Source of the DNA: Salisapilia sapeloensis CBS 127946
Taxonomy: Eukaryota; Protista; Oomycota
Direction: 5' to 3'
NCBI GenBank assembly: GCA_023334545.1
Contig: JAADVB010000089.1
Location: forward strand, 1,534 to 65,533
DNA: 64,000 bases
Part shown: positions 11,966 to 22,017 of the stretch, one piece after another
Layout of the letters: the number at the start of each line of letters is the position of its first letter
Position numbering within the stretch: the stretch's first letter is position 1
Program-made: the position numbers and the translations under genes
Notes under the pieces: model-generated
Database searches by the model: none
What the model was told of the DNA's origin: nothing
Seen by the model: only the letters and a program-made list of their open reading frames with translations

Positions 11966-13372
11966 TCACTTGGCATGACAGCGGGTAATTGAAGTATCAA
12001 CTACGATCTCTTGGCCACTCTCTGGTGAGCCATTCATCATCGATGAATTGGTATCAATCGATTCATTAGGAAACGCTCCATCGAAATCATCTTCAGCCGA
12101 TGTGTCTATAGAAAGTAGAGCTGCATCCTTGGCACTGTTAAATTCAGCAGTAGTCTTGTTGCTGTCTTCTTCTGAACGACCTCCGGAAAGCATATTCGCT
12201 CCAATATCATCATCAAAGTCAGCACCATCGATAGCGACCGAGTAACGAACATCTTCCGTGAACTGATCATCCATCAGATAGAGCTTGAGGCTACCACAAG
12301 TGGATGTAGGTACGTCTGCTTTGATTGCTACAGTCGAACCTGGGAAGAAGTTTCGAAAATTTAGTTTAGCTCCCATGATTGTACCATCGCATTCAATCGT
12401 GGCCGACTTGCTTCGCGCTGGTCGAGCGAACCCAGAGTTCTTGAGGAAGATCGAGACGGAGCACGAGTCTTCTTTGCAATCGACCGTATGCTCTTCAAGA
12501 GTGGGCAAGTAACCTACACGATCTTGATAACCACATTGCTCATACTGTTTCAGCTTGCTCTTGTCGTAGTCCAAATTCACGTATGTGGCGTTGATCCGCT
12601 CCATATTTGCAATAAATGAAGCACAATCATCCAGTTCGTATGACTGGGAGCATGTCTCTCCACCAGTACCGAAAGGCATGTCATGCGTTGTGAAGCTCTC
12701 GTTGTCAAACAAGCCCAAATCGTTGTACGGAGCGTAGATGCAGTCGTCGTAAAAGTTGAGTCTTCCGTTTAGGGATGAATCTAACGCTGTGAGTTCGTCA
12801 TACCAGTAGGTCCAACGGACTGCGACTGGAACCTCAGCTGGCACTGCGTCGACCATCCTCCGAACGATATTGTATCGACTTTCCATCTGTAACTTGGTGA
12901 TCTCACCATCTTCTGGAGACCCAAACGAGTCACTATAGTACCATTCACCCCATGAGCCGATAAAACCAGCATCGAATGCGAGCAAGGATGCAGCAGAATC
13001 GTGAAGAGTGTCCGTGAGTTGGTCGATATGACCCAAAATGATATCTTCGGACGGATCATCTGAGTCTTCACCATAGGCAAAACGGAGAACAACCCGTTTA
13101 CCACCTTCTCGAAAAGCTTGCATGTCACTTCGGACGTTCTCAATAAAAGAATCGTCTAAAGGTCCGTTCTTGTAGAAATCTAGATAGTATAAGCGCTTGA
13201 TGATACTGACGTCGTCGTATTCAGACAGCATTGTGGCGGTTACTGGTTCGAACTCGGAAGCGAACGTCTCGAGATGATGGTACATACCACGATCAGGGTT
13301 GATATGAGCCTTGGTCATTCGCATGAAAGCGACGCTTAGCACAATGTTAGCTAGTGTGTAGAGGAGCTTCAT
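11966..13372 (-). CDS. secreted DUF4874 + DUF4832 protein (putative glycoside hydrolase, bacterial-like)
   Basis: Signal peptide; motifs RVVLRFAY, ILGHIDQL, AGFIGSWGEWYYS, GGETC and LKNSGFARP that I recognise from DUF4874/DUF4832 proteins; S/D-rich tail; intronless. Confidence 0.8.
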   Translation of the reverse strand: MKLLYTLANIVLSVAFMRMTKAHINPDRGMYHHLETFASEFEPVTATMLSEYDDVSIIKRLYYLDFYKNGPLDDSFIENVRSDMQAFREGGKRVVLRFAYGEDSDDPSEDIILGHIDQLTDTLHDSAASLLAFDAGFIGSWGEWYYSDSFGSPEDGEITKLQMESRYNIVRRMVDAVPAEVPVAVRWTYWYDELTALDSSLNGRLNFYDDCIYAPYNDLGLFDNESFTTHDMPFGTGGETCSQSYELDDCASFIANMERINATYVNLDYDKSKLKQYEQCGYQDRVGYLPTLEEHTVDCKEDSCSVSIFLKNSGFARPARSKSATIECDGTIMGAKLNFRNFFPGSTVAIKADVPTSTCGSLKLYLMDDQFTEDVRYSVAIDGADFDDDIGANMLSGGRSEEDSNKTTAEFNSAKDAALLSIDTSAEDDFDGAFPNESIDTNSSMMNGSPESGQEIVVDTSITRCHAK

Positions 13373-14132
13373 GGTTTAAAGCAAATAGTGGAATGAGCTT
13401 GGATTCAAAGGATTAACCTTTCATGATCAGTCTACAACGTCTTGACATCGGCTAATTGCAAACACAGTTGGTCGTAGCTTAATGAAGAACTATAGACATC
13501 TGGTCGATCGCTTACCGCGATAAATAGCCACGAATCGCCCGAAACCACATTTTTAGCATCCATTAATCGATGATAGGATTCAACCCAACTGTGATATTGG
13601 AAAGTAGGCCTTTTGTCAGCCCCATATCTTTTCCCGTAATGCATGCGAAGCAGTCAGTTACTCTTTTTGAACGTATTCAACTGAACATCAGTGTTATAGC
13701 TTCGTGGACGAAGCATGATCCAGAATCCATTATTTCTGGACTACCATTCCTCCCTTGAAACTTGCTTCAGCATCTCCTGAACTATTTATTTCGATTCCTT
13801 CAACATTAGACATAGCAATCACCAACGATAGCGTCTACAGTCACCGCATCAGGAATATGAGACCACATGACTTTTTCTGTGAGGCATCTCGTACTGCATT
13901 ATGTTACAATATCACTTCGTCAGTAGCAAACTGCGAGTATTTCTAGTCTTCAAACGATTATTGCAAGCATTAAGCGCAGAAGTCTTGCATTCCCATCTTC
14001 TTGTGTTGTCCTCGTAACTCTTGAGTACATATGAAACTTTAGCTGTTGTTCGCTTTTCGGTCAATCTTCATCATTTGCTTTTGTTCCGGTTAACTACTTC
14101 ATTTTGCCGCCATAGACTATGCTTAAGCTTCC

Positions 14133-14158
14133 CATATCATATCATATCATATCATATC
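14133..14158 (+). repeat. (CATAT)5 pentanucleotide microsatellite
   Basis: Five perfect CATAT copies read directly in intergenic DNA. Confidence 0.85.
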
Positions 14159-14982
14159 TTTTCATTTTCTTCGTTCTTGTAGAAGTATATCCTTTTGTTG
14201 CACTCCATCTTTCTTTCTCGGATTATAATCATTTAAATATGCACCAACGAGAAGCTTCTGGACAATGCTTTCACTTCATTCAATACTCATTTACGTAGCG
14301 CTCTTCTTCTATCTCGAATCATTAGAGAGCTGGAAGCTAATTTCATAGAAGGGCTTGGTGCTTTGCTTTCCAACATACATGGTAACTTGCGGTCGCGACC
14401 TCATTTGTGATTAATTCCCCTCCTAAAAGACTCGAGACTATTCATAAATCAATCCAGACATTGTAAGGAACGGCCTACATAGCTTCAAATGGTATTCATT
14501 TTCAATGGCTGGTTTCCGAAAGTGAGGAAAGCGTTGTCTTTGTATCAGCAATGTATCAAAATTTCAAGATACGAACAATAAACTTGCAGTCAAGGCCCAG
14601 GTGTCTTCTTATGCACGATCGCTTCGTAAATGGTCATCCACTAGCAGTGTATGGCAGCTTTCGTTGGAATCAAGAGAATCGTATCTCTAAATGAGTTCAT
14701 TCGACGGATAGTGCAGAGCATCGTTCGCTTAAAAGCTCTACATGCCGTTTACTTTATCTGACTTCCATTCGCTTGTATAGATCGGTCGTCTACACAAGTG
14801 AGATCAAGATTACCGCTTGCGTTGAAATAGCTAAGAGTTATAGTCCGCCCAAGTTTCCTCTCGGAAAGCTTTACGCCACGCTAACGAGACAAGTGAAAGC
14901 AACACAAGAAAGAGACTAAGGGTCAAAAACGAATATCATGTTTCCGGCTTGTGCTTATGGCAAGTCTAGAAGGCTAGTAGAT

Positions 14983-15291
14983 TTAAGCATGGTTGGAAGA
15001 AAGAGGAACCTCATAACCGTTACCAGAGTCGGCTTTGCCATAGCACATGGAAAGAGCGAGGAGGAGCAGAGAGAAGACAAGTCCGATAATGGACATGATG
15101 TAGACCGGCCACAAGCTTTCGCCGAAACCATAGATCAAGGTCAAGATCAGACCAATGACGTACGCGCCGAGCATGACCTTGCTGTGGTTACCAGCATTCT
15201 TGTTCTTGAAGACCGTGTAGGTTTCCTTGAAAAGGGAGACGGCGAGGAGGATCATGCCGATAAGGCCGAGGATGTTGTAGGCTTGAGTCAT
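14983..15291 (-). CDS. second SemiSWEET-like 3-TM protein (~102 aa), PQ motif replaced by KE
   Basis: ATG at 15291, with an Inr-like TCATTCTCACATTT at 15338-15325. Paralogous to 4737-5099 (YNILGLIG, KNA, GL.L..Y...E.LWP), but reads SLFKETY where the paralogue has SLVPQIY. Confidence 0.8.
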   Translation of the reverse strand: MTQAYNILGLIGMILLAVSLFKETYTVFKNKNAGNHSKVMLGAYVIGLILTLIYGFGESLWPVYIMSIIGLVFSLLLLALSMCYGKADSGNGYEVPLSSNHA

Positions 15292-15887
15292 GGTGTTTTG
15301 GAGGTGACTTGTCGGGAAGGAGGCAAATGTGAGAATGAGACTTGAACACCTCGTCAAGTAGAATGAAGAGGACTCTATAGAAATACTAGTCCCAGCCAAT
15401 AAGCATGTTGAGCGAGGTATTTGTCCAATGTGCTGGCATCAATTTCTTGCGTACTAGCTCATTCTTATCCTTTTGCTCCTTCTGGTCTGCTCTCGTCAAT
15501 TGACCTGCAAGCACCTCTTCATCACTATCCACGTCTCATACCAGTCACAGCCCTGTGCCTATGTACACCTTTACGAAAGGGTGCGTGGATGACTTGGTGG
15601 TACCATTTCTAATATGAGACGTCTTCCGACGTACCTTACAAACTACAGCACCTCATTCTTACCGATCCCAATCACACGCACCACATATCAGACTAATGAT
15701 CAAGACACAATCTCTATCTCTATCATTTTTATCCTTTGCATCACCATGTGGCAAGATGTTTTGGCACCAAGTGGACATGCAAGTTCATGTTCATGAAAGG
15801 ACCAACACTCTAGCATATTAAACGAGGGAAATCCTCAAAAGTTGCTAGGAAAGACAAGTCACAGACAAGTACTACTTGACGCGCATC

Positions 15888-17153
15888 ATGGAAAGCAATC
15901 ACAAGCAGATAGCTAGAAAAGATCATACATCTATAAAGCCAATGGACGAGATGAAAAACAGCTCAGACAAGTTTCCATTGCGTATGCGTCATGCATTTCT
16001 AATCGGACTCTATCAAAACCGTCATGCCAATATCTGTTTACGTCTAGGTCGCGTCCACTTCCAACGCACTCCTTCTCCCAAAGCCACTTTTCGTACGACA
16101 AATGGTAGCTGCAGGAAAATAGCCCTAGAGAAACGCATATCTTAAATCCAATTGTGAGCAGGTACACCGGCGTCGTCTAGCAAGAGCCATCGGAAGCGAT
16201 TCCCGACGTCTCCATTCACTTCAGAGACGGTGTCACTGGCACAGACCATGGAGTTATCGCCTGGCTGTCAACAGCAGTCGGATCAGCAAGACGTGAACTC
16301 CAAGAGAGCTCCGTTCACATCCAATGTGGTCAGACAAGCATCAGCTTCTGATGCTACCAAAGCTGCAAAGTCCAGTCTTGCGACATCTTCTGCATCAGTA
16401 AAAGCAAATCTACAGTTGGATACGGCTGCCACAAAAGCTGGTAAAGGAGAGAAGCGCTTTGCTTCTCCCGTGACCATCCCTCTTCCACCTAAGAAAAGGA
16501 AGAAGAGTGCGCATAAAGAACAGTCCGCACCGATCGCCAAACTTGTCTCCAAGGATACCGTAAAGGTAAAGACAAAAGGAAAGGAAACTTTGCCACGTCA
16601 AAATGAAAACATGGAAACAAGAAATGGTGAAACCATGGAGATATCTCCAAACGATTCCAATGAAAAGTTGCTACGAGATAAGGAGGCTGAGTCGGAAGTA
16701 GCCGTCCATGCAGAGTCACTTTTCACTCTAATGAAGGGAAAGAGACTCATGGAAAGTAGGTCATCGCTACAACGCATTGGTAGTTATAATATTTAGTAGT
16801 CGTAGCTCTATACACGATCCTCAGGGTACTTGTAGATGTAGAGGAAGAAGATGAACCGGTCGATCTAGATGTACTAGTATTACTACCTCTATGCACGAGA
16901 TGTAGAAGACAAACGTATCTCATAGGAACTTGCGGATCGTGAGCGGAATTTTTCATCTCGCATTAGACGTCTCGAGATGAATTATGCTTCTTTACATGAG
17001 GATGAGCAGGATCTCCGACAGCAATTGGCAGATACAGATGGTATGGATGTACCTTTATGCTGTAATGATGCAGATGATGTTTACTCAAGAGTGCTTTGCC
17101 CAGTCTGCGTCACGGAGATACTTTCCGATGCTTTAGAAGATCTTTACGTTTAG
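15888..17153 (+). CDS. hypothetical basic, low-complexity protein with putative NLS, multi-exon
   Basis: Phase-compatible GT-AG introns join the track ORFs 15876-16145 and 16230-16796 and a downstream acidic/coiled segment (ELADRERNFSSRIRRLEMNY). PPKKRKK resembles an NLS. Start and last exon are uncertain. Confidence 0.55.
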
Positions 17154-17880
17154 GTACTTTCGCTAAGAAAGTGGCACTGCAAGCTTGGCAATTCAGTTTC
17201 CACTCGAAGCATTCTTTTCTTTTGTATGCATTAATCTTTGCTTGAACGCGATGGATAGCTCTTCAATGGTGCCTTCATTCTATTCCTGATTACTAAAGTA
17301 GATAGTAGGATAGCTTGTCTTCATTCGGATTGTACCTCGTACGCATTGTTTTAAAGTTTCCCATTGTAGAAAGCCAAAGTCTCCATTCGACACACCTCTC
17401 ATCTCCATCCAGATACAAGATGCACATTGACACTAGAAAGTCTTTGCGAGCATCAAGATATCACGATCAGATCCCTTATCATACCTGTGACTTTCGAAAC
17501 TATGACGAGGACATTTTATACATTTAATTGTACGCCGAGTAAATAGTGTAAGTCTACAGTCATAAGTACTGAAGACGTTGTTCGGATCACTCTCAAGGTC
17601 TTAGAATGAATACTACTATCTATCACGTACCTTGATGAATCTCGAGATTGAATCAAAATTAATTGCTTTATGGTAATGTGGCTTTGTTTGGTAAGCTTGC
17701 TACGATGTGGGTGTGTAGTTAAATACATCTCAAGTCAAAGTGCATTACCAAATTACTATGCAAGCTCCCCAATGCACCATACTACTATGTCCTCTATCGT
17801 GCAACACAGAAGAGCAAGAGCGCTGCTTATAAGAATGCTAAACCAACTGCGTCATCTGCTAACGATGTCAAAGTTTCAAT

Positions 17881-20800
17881 TTATTCTGCTGATTCCTCCT
17901 CTTTCTCTTCCTTTTCCTCCTTTTCCTCTCCACCTTCCTTGTCCTCCTTCTCCACTTCTTCCTCTGGTTTCGTAGGAGACAACTGAAGTACAAGCTCCGA
18001 CGTAAGCAAAGCCGACGGCCCTTCCATCCCCGAGCTCTGCGTGTACCACAGGACAAAATCATCAAACGAAACCTCCAGCTTTTCATCCACATCCGCTTCC
18101 TGGAAACACTGGCGTGTCAGTACCACCCCCAGTTCTTCCGGCGTCGCACTTAATGCTTCCTGCAGCCCAGACGTCGTGGCATACAACACCTTGAAGACAC
18201 TCGTAAGGTACGCAGCCATTTCCTGGAACGAAATACCTCCGTCTCCATTCAGATCGAATAGATTAAACGCCGCACGCGCCTTTTCCTCCGGTGATCCACG
18301 ACACAGGACCGAGAGACCAGTGCAGAGCTCACTATAGTCAACATAACCTTTTTCTTCCACTTCAAAGATATAAAAGACTCGATCTAGCACAATCGCAGCG
18401 TCTTCTCCAACGTCCTTCAACAGCTCTTGAACACACTCGTCAAAGGCTGTTTTCGAAATCAGCCCGTCGTCACTACATCTAGACGCAAGTGCCGCAAAGA
18501 CTTCATTCGGTGCAAACTCCGTTAACCTCGTTGTCTTCTTCGCCGTCTCGAGCGTCAATTCATTCACGTTGTCCTTGGCCACGACACTTGGTTGCTCCGT
18601 TTCATGTCGATACCAGACCTGGAACTCTTCCAGACTGATCGTATCACCCACACCACGATCATGGAATGCTTCGGCAGCCGTGACTTTGCCTAGTTCCTCT
18701 GCATCGACCCCGACACGAGCGGCATACGACGGGTAGAGGTAGAAGAGCATCTTAAAGACACTCGTGAGACACATGCTCATGTCTTCTAGACGCATGCCTG
18801 TACCATTCGTATCAAATAGTTGAAAGATATCCGCCACTCGATCTTCACTCGATCCACCACAAAGCACGGAAAACCCACAAACGACTTGTACTAAATCCAC
18901 GATGCCGTCGTGCGCATACATCTTGCCAATCTCGTTCGCAAGTGTCTCTAGCCTCTCATCATTTTTCTCCACCGCGACATCCTCCATTAAATGACCCATT
19001 TCCTCCACACGTACGTTCGATACGTCCGATACGTGTGCCTGTAATGACGCATACAATTCATGAGGACGCATAGCATGTAGGCGAAGCATAGATGTAATCT
19101 CTCCTATCGTAAACGACGTCTCCTTGACGTCCTGCCCATCTTCCGTGCGCACCCACTTGCCAAACTCTTCTCGACTTAGTTGATCATCTTGATTCACATC
19201 AAACTGTCGAAAGCACTCTTCCATTGTCTCTTTCGCCAATTCTTCTGGAAGACAATGCGTCTGATCCTTGAGCTCCGGACTGACCTTGTACAATACTTTA
19301 AAGACCGCTCGTAAGAACGCTTGCATCTCTTCTCGAGACACATACCCATCTCCATCCGAATCATATAACTGGAACAAGGAGTCCGCACGCTCTTGTTTAT
19401 CTCCACCACATAAAATCGATAGCCCGGCACTCATCTCCAGCGCATCGATACGTCCATCCGCATCTTGATCAAACAATTCAAACAGTTCGAGCAACACTGG
19501 CTCGTCCGTCTTGCCATTCAACTTTTTAAAACTCTCGAGAAAAGCACTTTGCGTCAAGACATTCTCGTCATTCGCATGCGCTCGAAAGTAGGGAAGGACA
19601 GACGAAGCATCGTATTGATCTAATCCGGTCTGCTGGCGAAGTTGAAGGAGAGAGGACTTGACGTCCGTAGGGCTGGAGCTAGAGTACCAGTCTTTAAGCT
19701 GTTGGAACGTCACGCTGTCGCTACGTGCAGTCTTGAGCACATCTTGGGTCGTGACAGACGCAAGTTCCTTCGGAGATACGTGAGATGTACCGGAGGATGT
19801 CGCGAAGAGAACGGTGAAGACCGAGGCAAAGTACGTCTGGAGCTCATCAGGGGAGATACGTCCATCGCCATCGACGTCCATGAGCTCAAATGCAGCTTGA
19901 GTTTTCTCGTCTTGACTCCCGTCGCAGAGAGCAGAGAGACCACAAGCCAACGCGATGACATCAACCTTATCCTCTTCATTCTTGAACGCATGGAACAAGG
20001 TTTGCAGGACCGAGAGTTGGTTGACTGAAGGCGATGGGATCAAAGTAGCAAACAACTGATAGTAGACGCTCTTGGATAACATCCCTTCTTCATCCGAGTA
20101 CGATGCGACGGTATCAAAGACACGGTCTGGAGGTCCTAAATTCAATTCCGTCGTACCGGAGCTAGCGATCGTACTACCCATGTACCATCTCTGGAACTCT
20201 TCGAGACTAAGTTTCTCATCAGCATTCATATCAGCATCTACAAAGGCTTGTGCAGTAGTTAATTCAGCTAGACGAGATGGTGTCATCTGTGGCATTTGTG
20301 TCTGAGCATGTTTATCCGTTGCAAAGACGACGGTGTAGACGGCAGTCAAGTATGCTTGCATCTCCGTCTTGGTGATATACCCGTCTGCATCAGCATCAAA
20401 GAGTGCAAAAGCTGCTTCTAACTTACTTTCCGGTGGACCGGCGCAGAGAATCGATAGACCGGAACTTAATTCGACGAGATCGACGACGCCAGTACCATCG
20501 ATATCAAACGCATTGAAGAGACCATCGAGCAAGATCTCCACACAAGCATCCGTGCGACCTCCAATGGCTGCACAGCAGGCTTTAAAGTCTTCTTTCGTCA
20601 GCTCTCCGACGCCACTCGCGCTCTCGTGACTCTGCCGAACGTACGCGTCAAAGACCTGGAGAAGCTTTCGAGGTGGAATGCGATCGAGGCCGGTCAAATG
20701 TGCGATCTGAGGAAGCGTCAGGTGGAGCGCAGAGGAGAAGAAGGGCAGAACAGAACCGCTCTTGTACCACTGGCAAAAGTCTTCGAACGACACGCGTTGC

Positions 20801-21675
20801 TTGCGATTGCCACATTCCGAGAGGCAGTGGGAAGCAGCTTCTTGTGCAAAAGCTTGTGGATCAAAGGACGGAGTGTGCCAGAAAGCCTGGACAGCAAGGA
20901 AGACAGAGGAGATCAAGGTCGTGAGTTGAGACAAGGTGAGACTCGCGTGTTGCGAAGGATCAAAGAGATCAAAGAGAATACGGATCTTCACATCCTTATC
21001 GCCGGATGTGAAGGCTGCTAGACCTGCTAAGAGAGATGGAAGATGCACCTTTTTCGACGATGCTGGATGGCGTTTCTGGAAAAGCTCAAAGACTTGACCG
21101 AACGAAGCTCTTGTCAAACGATCGTATCGGCCGAATTCAGACAAGATACGATCGATGCATTGGTAGTACGTAGACTTGTCAATCGCGTTCGAAGACGTCG
21201 CTTTCGTGAAGATCTGGACGAGCGTTTCAAAGTCGAAATCGGATAAATCGACCGTCATGGACGCCTTCTCGTCTTCAACTTCACTGTCACTCGAGTCCGA
21301 GGAAGATTCATGCTTCACACGCGGCTTGGACGTCGATCGAGCAGTCGATATCGTGTGATTTGGACTTGGGACCGTCCGAGGATCTAGCACGAGGTCATAG
21401 ACTTTCTTCTGGAAATAGCTGGGATCTGCACAGACACACGAGAGAGGATAATACGTCTTCTTCTTCCGATCACGAAGCGCAACGGGCGATTGGAGAGCTT
21501 GAGCAGATGTGTCCGGCGCCGATGAATCCTCACTGCTTGCACTGTCTGTAGAAGCAGACTGGAACGCTGCTTGGAGACATCGCTGCACCTCCTCCACAGG
21601 GATGGACGGATATAGCGCGACACGCCGATGGCGGCCTTTAAGACGCACATGCACGGTTACGAAGGAGGAAGTCAT
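17881..21675 (-). CDS. 1264-aa multi-EF-hand protein with six tandem NCS/recoverin/CBL-like modules
   Basis: Intronless ORF. Six repeats of F..FD.dg.G.vD..El..GLS.LC.G..e.K...aF.lfD.dgDG.is..Em..yl.sVF, each ending F..W(Y/V). Separate ~95-aa N-terminal domain; acidic tail. Confidence 0.93.
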   Translation of the reverse strand: MTSSFVTVHVRLKGRHRRVALYPSIPVEEVQRCLQAAFQSASTDSASSEDSSAPDTSAQALQSPVALRDRKKKTYYPLSCVCADPSYFQKKVYDLVLDPRTVPSPNHTISTARSTSKPRVKHESSSDSSDSEVEDEKASMTVDLSDFDFETLVQIFTKATSSNAIDKSTYYQCIDRILSEFGRYDRLTRASFGQVFELFQKRHPASSKKVHLPSLLAGLAAFTSGDKDVKIRILFDLFDPSQHASLTLSQLTTLISSVFLAVQAFWHTPSFDPQAFAQEAASHCLSECGNRKQRVSFEDFCQWYKSGSVLPFFSSALHLTLPQIAHLTGLDRIPPRKLLQVFDAYVRQSHESASGVGELTKEDFKACCAAIGGRTDACVEILLDGLFNAFDIDGTGVVDLVELSSGLSILCAGPPESKLEAAFALFDADADGYITKTEMQAYLTAVYTVVFATDKHAQTQMPQMTPSRLAELTTAQAFVDADMNADEKLSLEEFQRWYMGSTIASSGTTELNLGPPDRVFDTVASYSDEEGMLSKSVYYQLFATLIPSPSVNQLSVLQTLFHAFKNEEDKVDVIALACGLSALCDGSQDEKTQAAFELMDVDGDGRISPDELQTYFASVFTVLFATSSGTSHVSPKELASVTTQDVLKTARSDSVTFQQLKDWYSSSSPTDVKSSLLQLRQQTGLDQYDASSVLPYFRAHANDENVLTQSAFLESFKKLNGKTDEPVLLELFELFDQDADGRIDALEMSAGLSILCGGDKQERADSLFQLYDSDGDGYVSREEMQAFLRAVFKVLYKVSPELKDQTHCLPEELAKETMEECFRQFDVNQDDQLSREEFGKWVRTEDGQDVKETSFTIGEITSMLRLHAMRPHELYASLQAHVSDVSNVRVEEMGHLMEDVAVEKNDERLETLANEIGKMYAHDGIVDLVQVVCGFSVLCGGSSEDRVADIFQLFDTNGTGMRLEDMSMCLTSVFKMLFYLYPSYAARVGVDAEELGKVTAAEAFHDRGVGDTISLEEFQVWYRHETEQPSVVAKDNVNELTLETAKKTTRLTEFAPNEVFAALASRCSDDGLISKTAFDECVQELLKDVGEDAAIVLDRVFYIFEVEEKGYVDYSELCTGLSVLCRGSPEEKARAAFNLFDLNGDGGISFQEMAAYLTSVFKVLYATTSGLQEALSATPEELGVVLTRQCFQEADVDEKLEVSFDDFVLWYTQSSGMEGPSALLTSELVLQLSPTKPEEEVEKEDKEGGEEKEEKEEKEEESAE

Positions 21676-22017
21676 AGCCGCACCCTTTGCGTCTGATCAC
21701 TTGTTCGGACGGACGATCTCGTCGTTTCCAGCTCTTACAAATTCCAAGTATACGTGGTAGATCCACCTTTTCGTGGGTCTAGGACCAATCTACTCAACAA
21801 AGTACGAATGAAATGAATCTTGAAAAGGTGTACACTGGATCCGAATCCTTTTCTAGGGTACTAGATATGACAGGTACTTGAGGTAGTCATTGTAGCAAGC
21901 ACCGAAATGGACGCTATCGAGTATGGCAGGTCGATGGAGATTTCGCAGATAAATGACTTTAACCGAAAACTCATTTCACTTGGATTTTTTCTTCCTCGTA
22001 CTCACCCACAGATAGCA

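Noticed and set aside
13400-14900. Possible decayed coding or transposon remnants in long spacers (also 7340-8600 and 26570-28250)
   Set aside because: Only short stop-riddled fragments with no identifiable motif, terminal repeat or target-site duplication; cannot be supported without a translated search.
14938-15345. 135-aa plus-strand ORF, and similar antisense ORFs (28435-29007, 32979-33410, 42525-43013, 49684-50115, 30065-30400)
   Set aside because: Wholly or partly antisense shadows of well-supported genes on the other strand, with no recognisable motifs.
17670-17990. Plus-strand ORFs overlapping the 3' end of the EF-hand gene
   Set aside because: Their Ser/Pro/Phe-rich parts simply mirror the purine-rich Glu/Lys tail on the minus strand; no start context or homology cue.
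21907-22017. Upstream in-frame starts that lengthen ORFs in the track (SDR 21907; also 5162, 11822, 15399, 32337, 46898, 49636, 55306)
   Set aside because: The extensions are not protein-like, often use GTG/TTG or overlap promoter-like AT-rich sequence; downstream ATGs give coherent N-termini or signal peptides.
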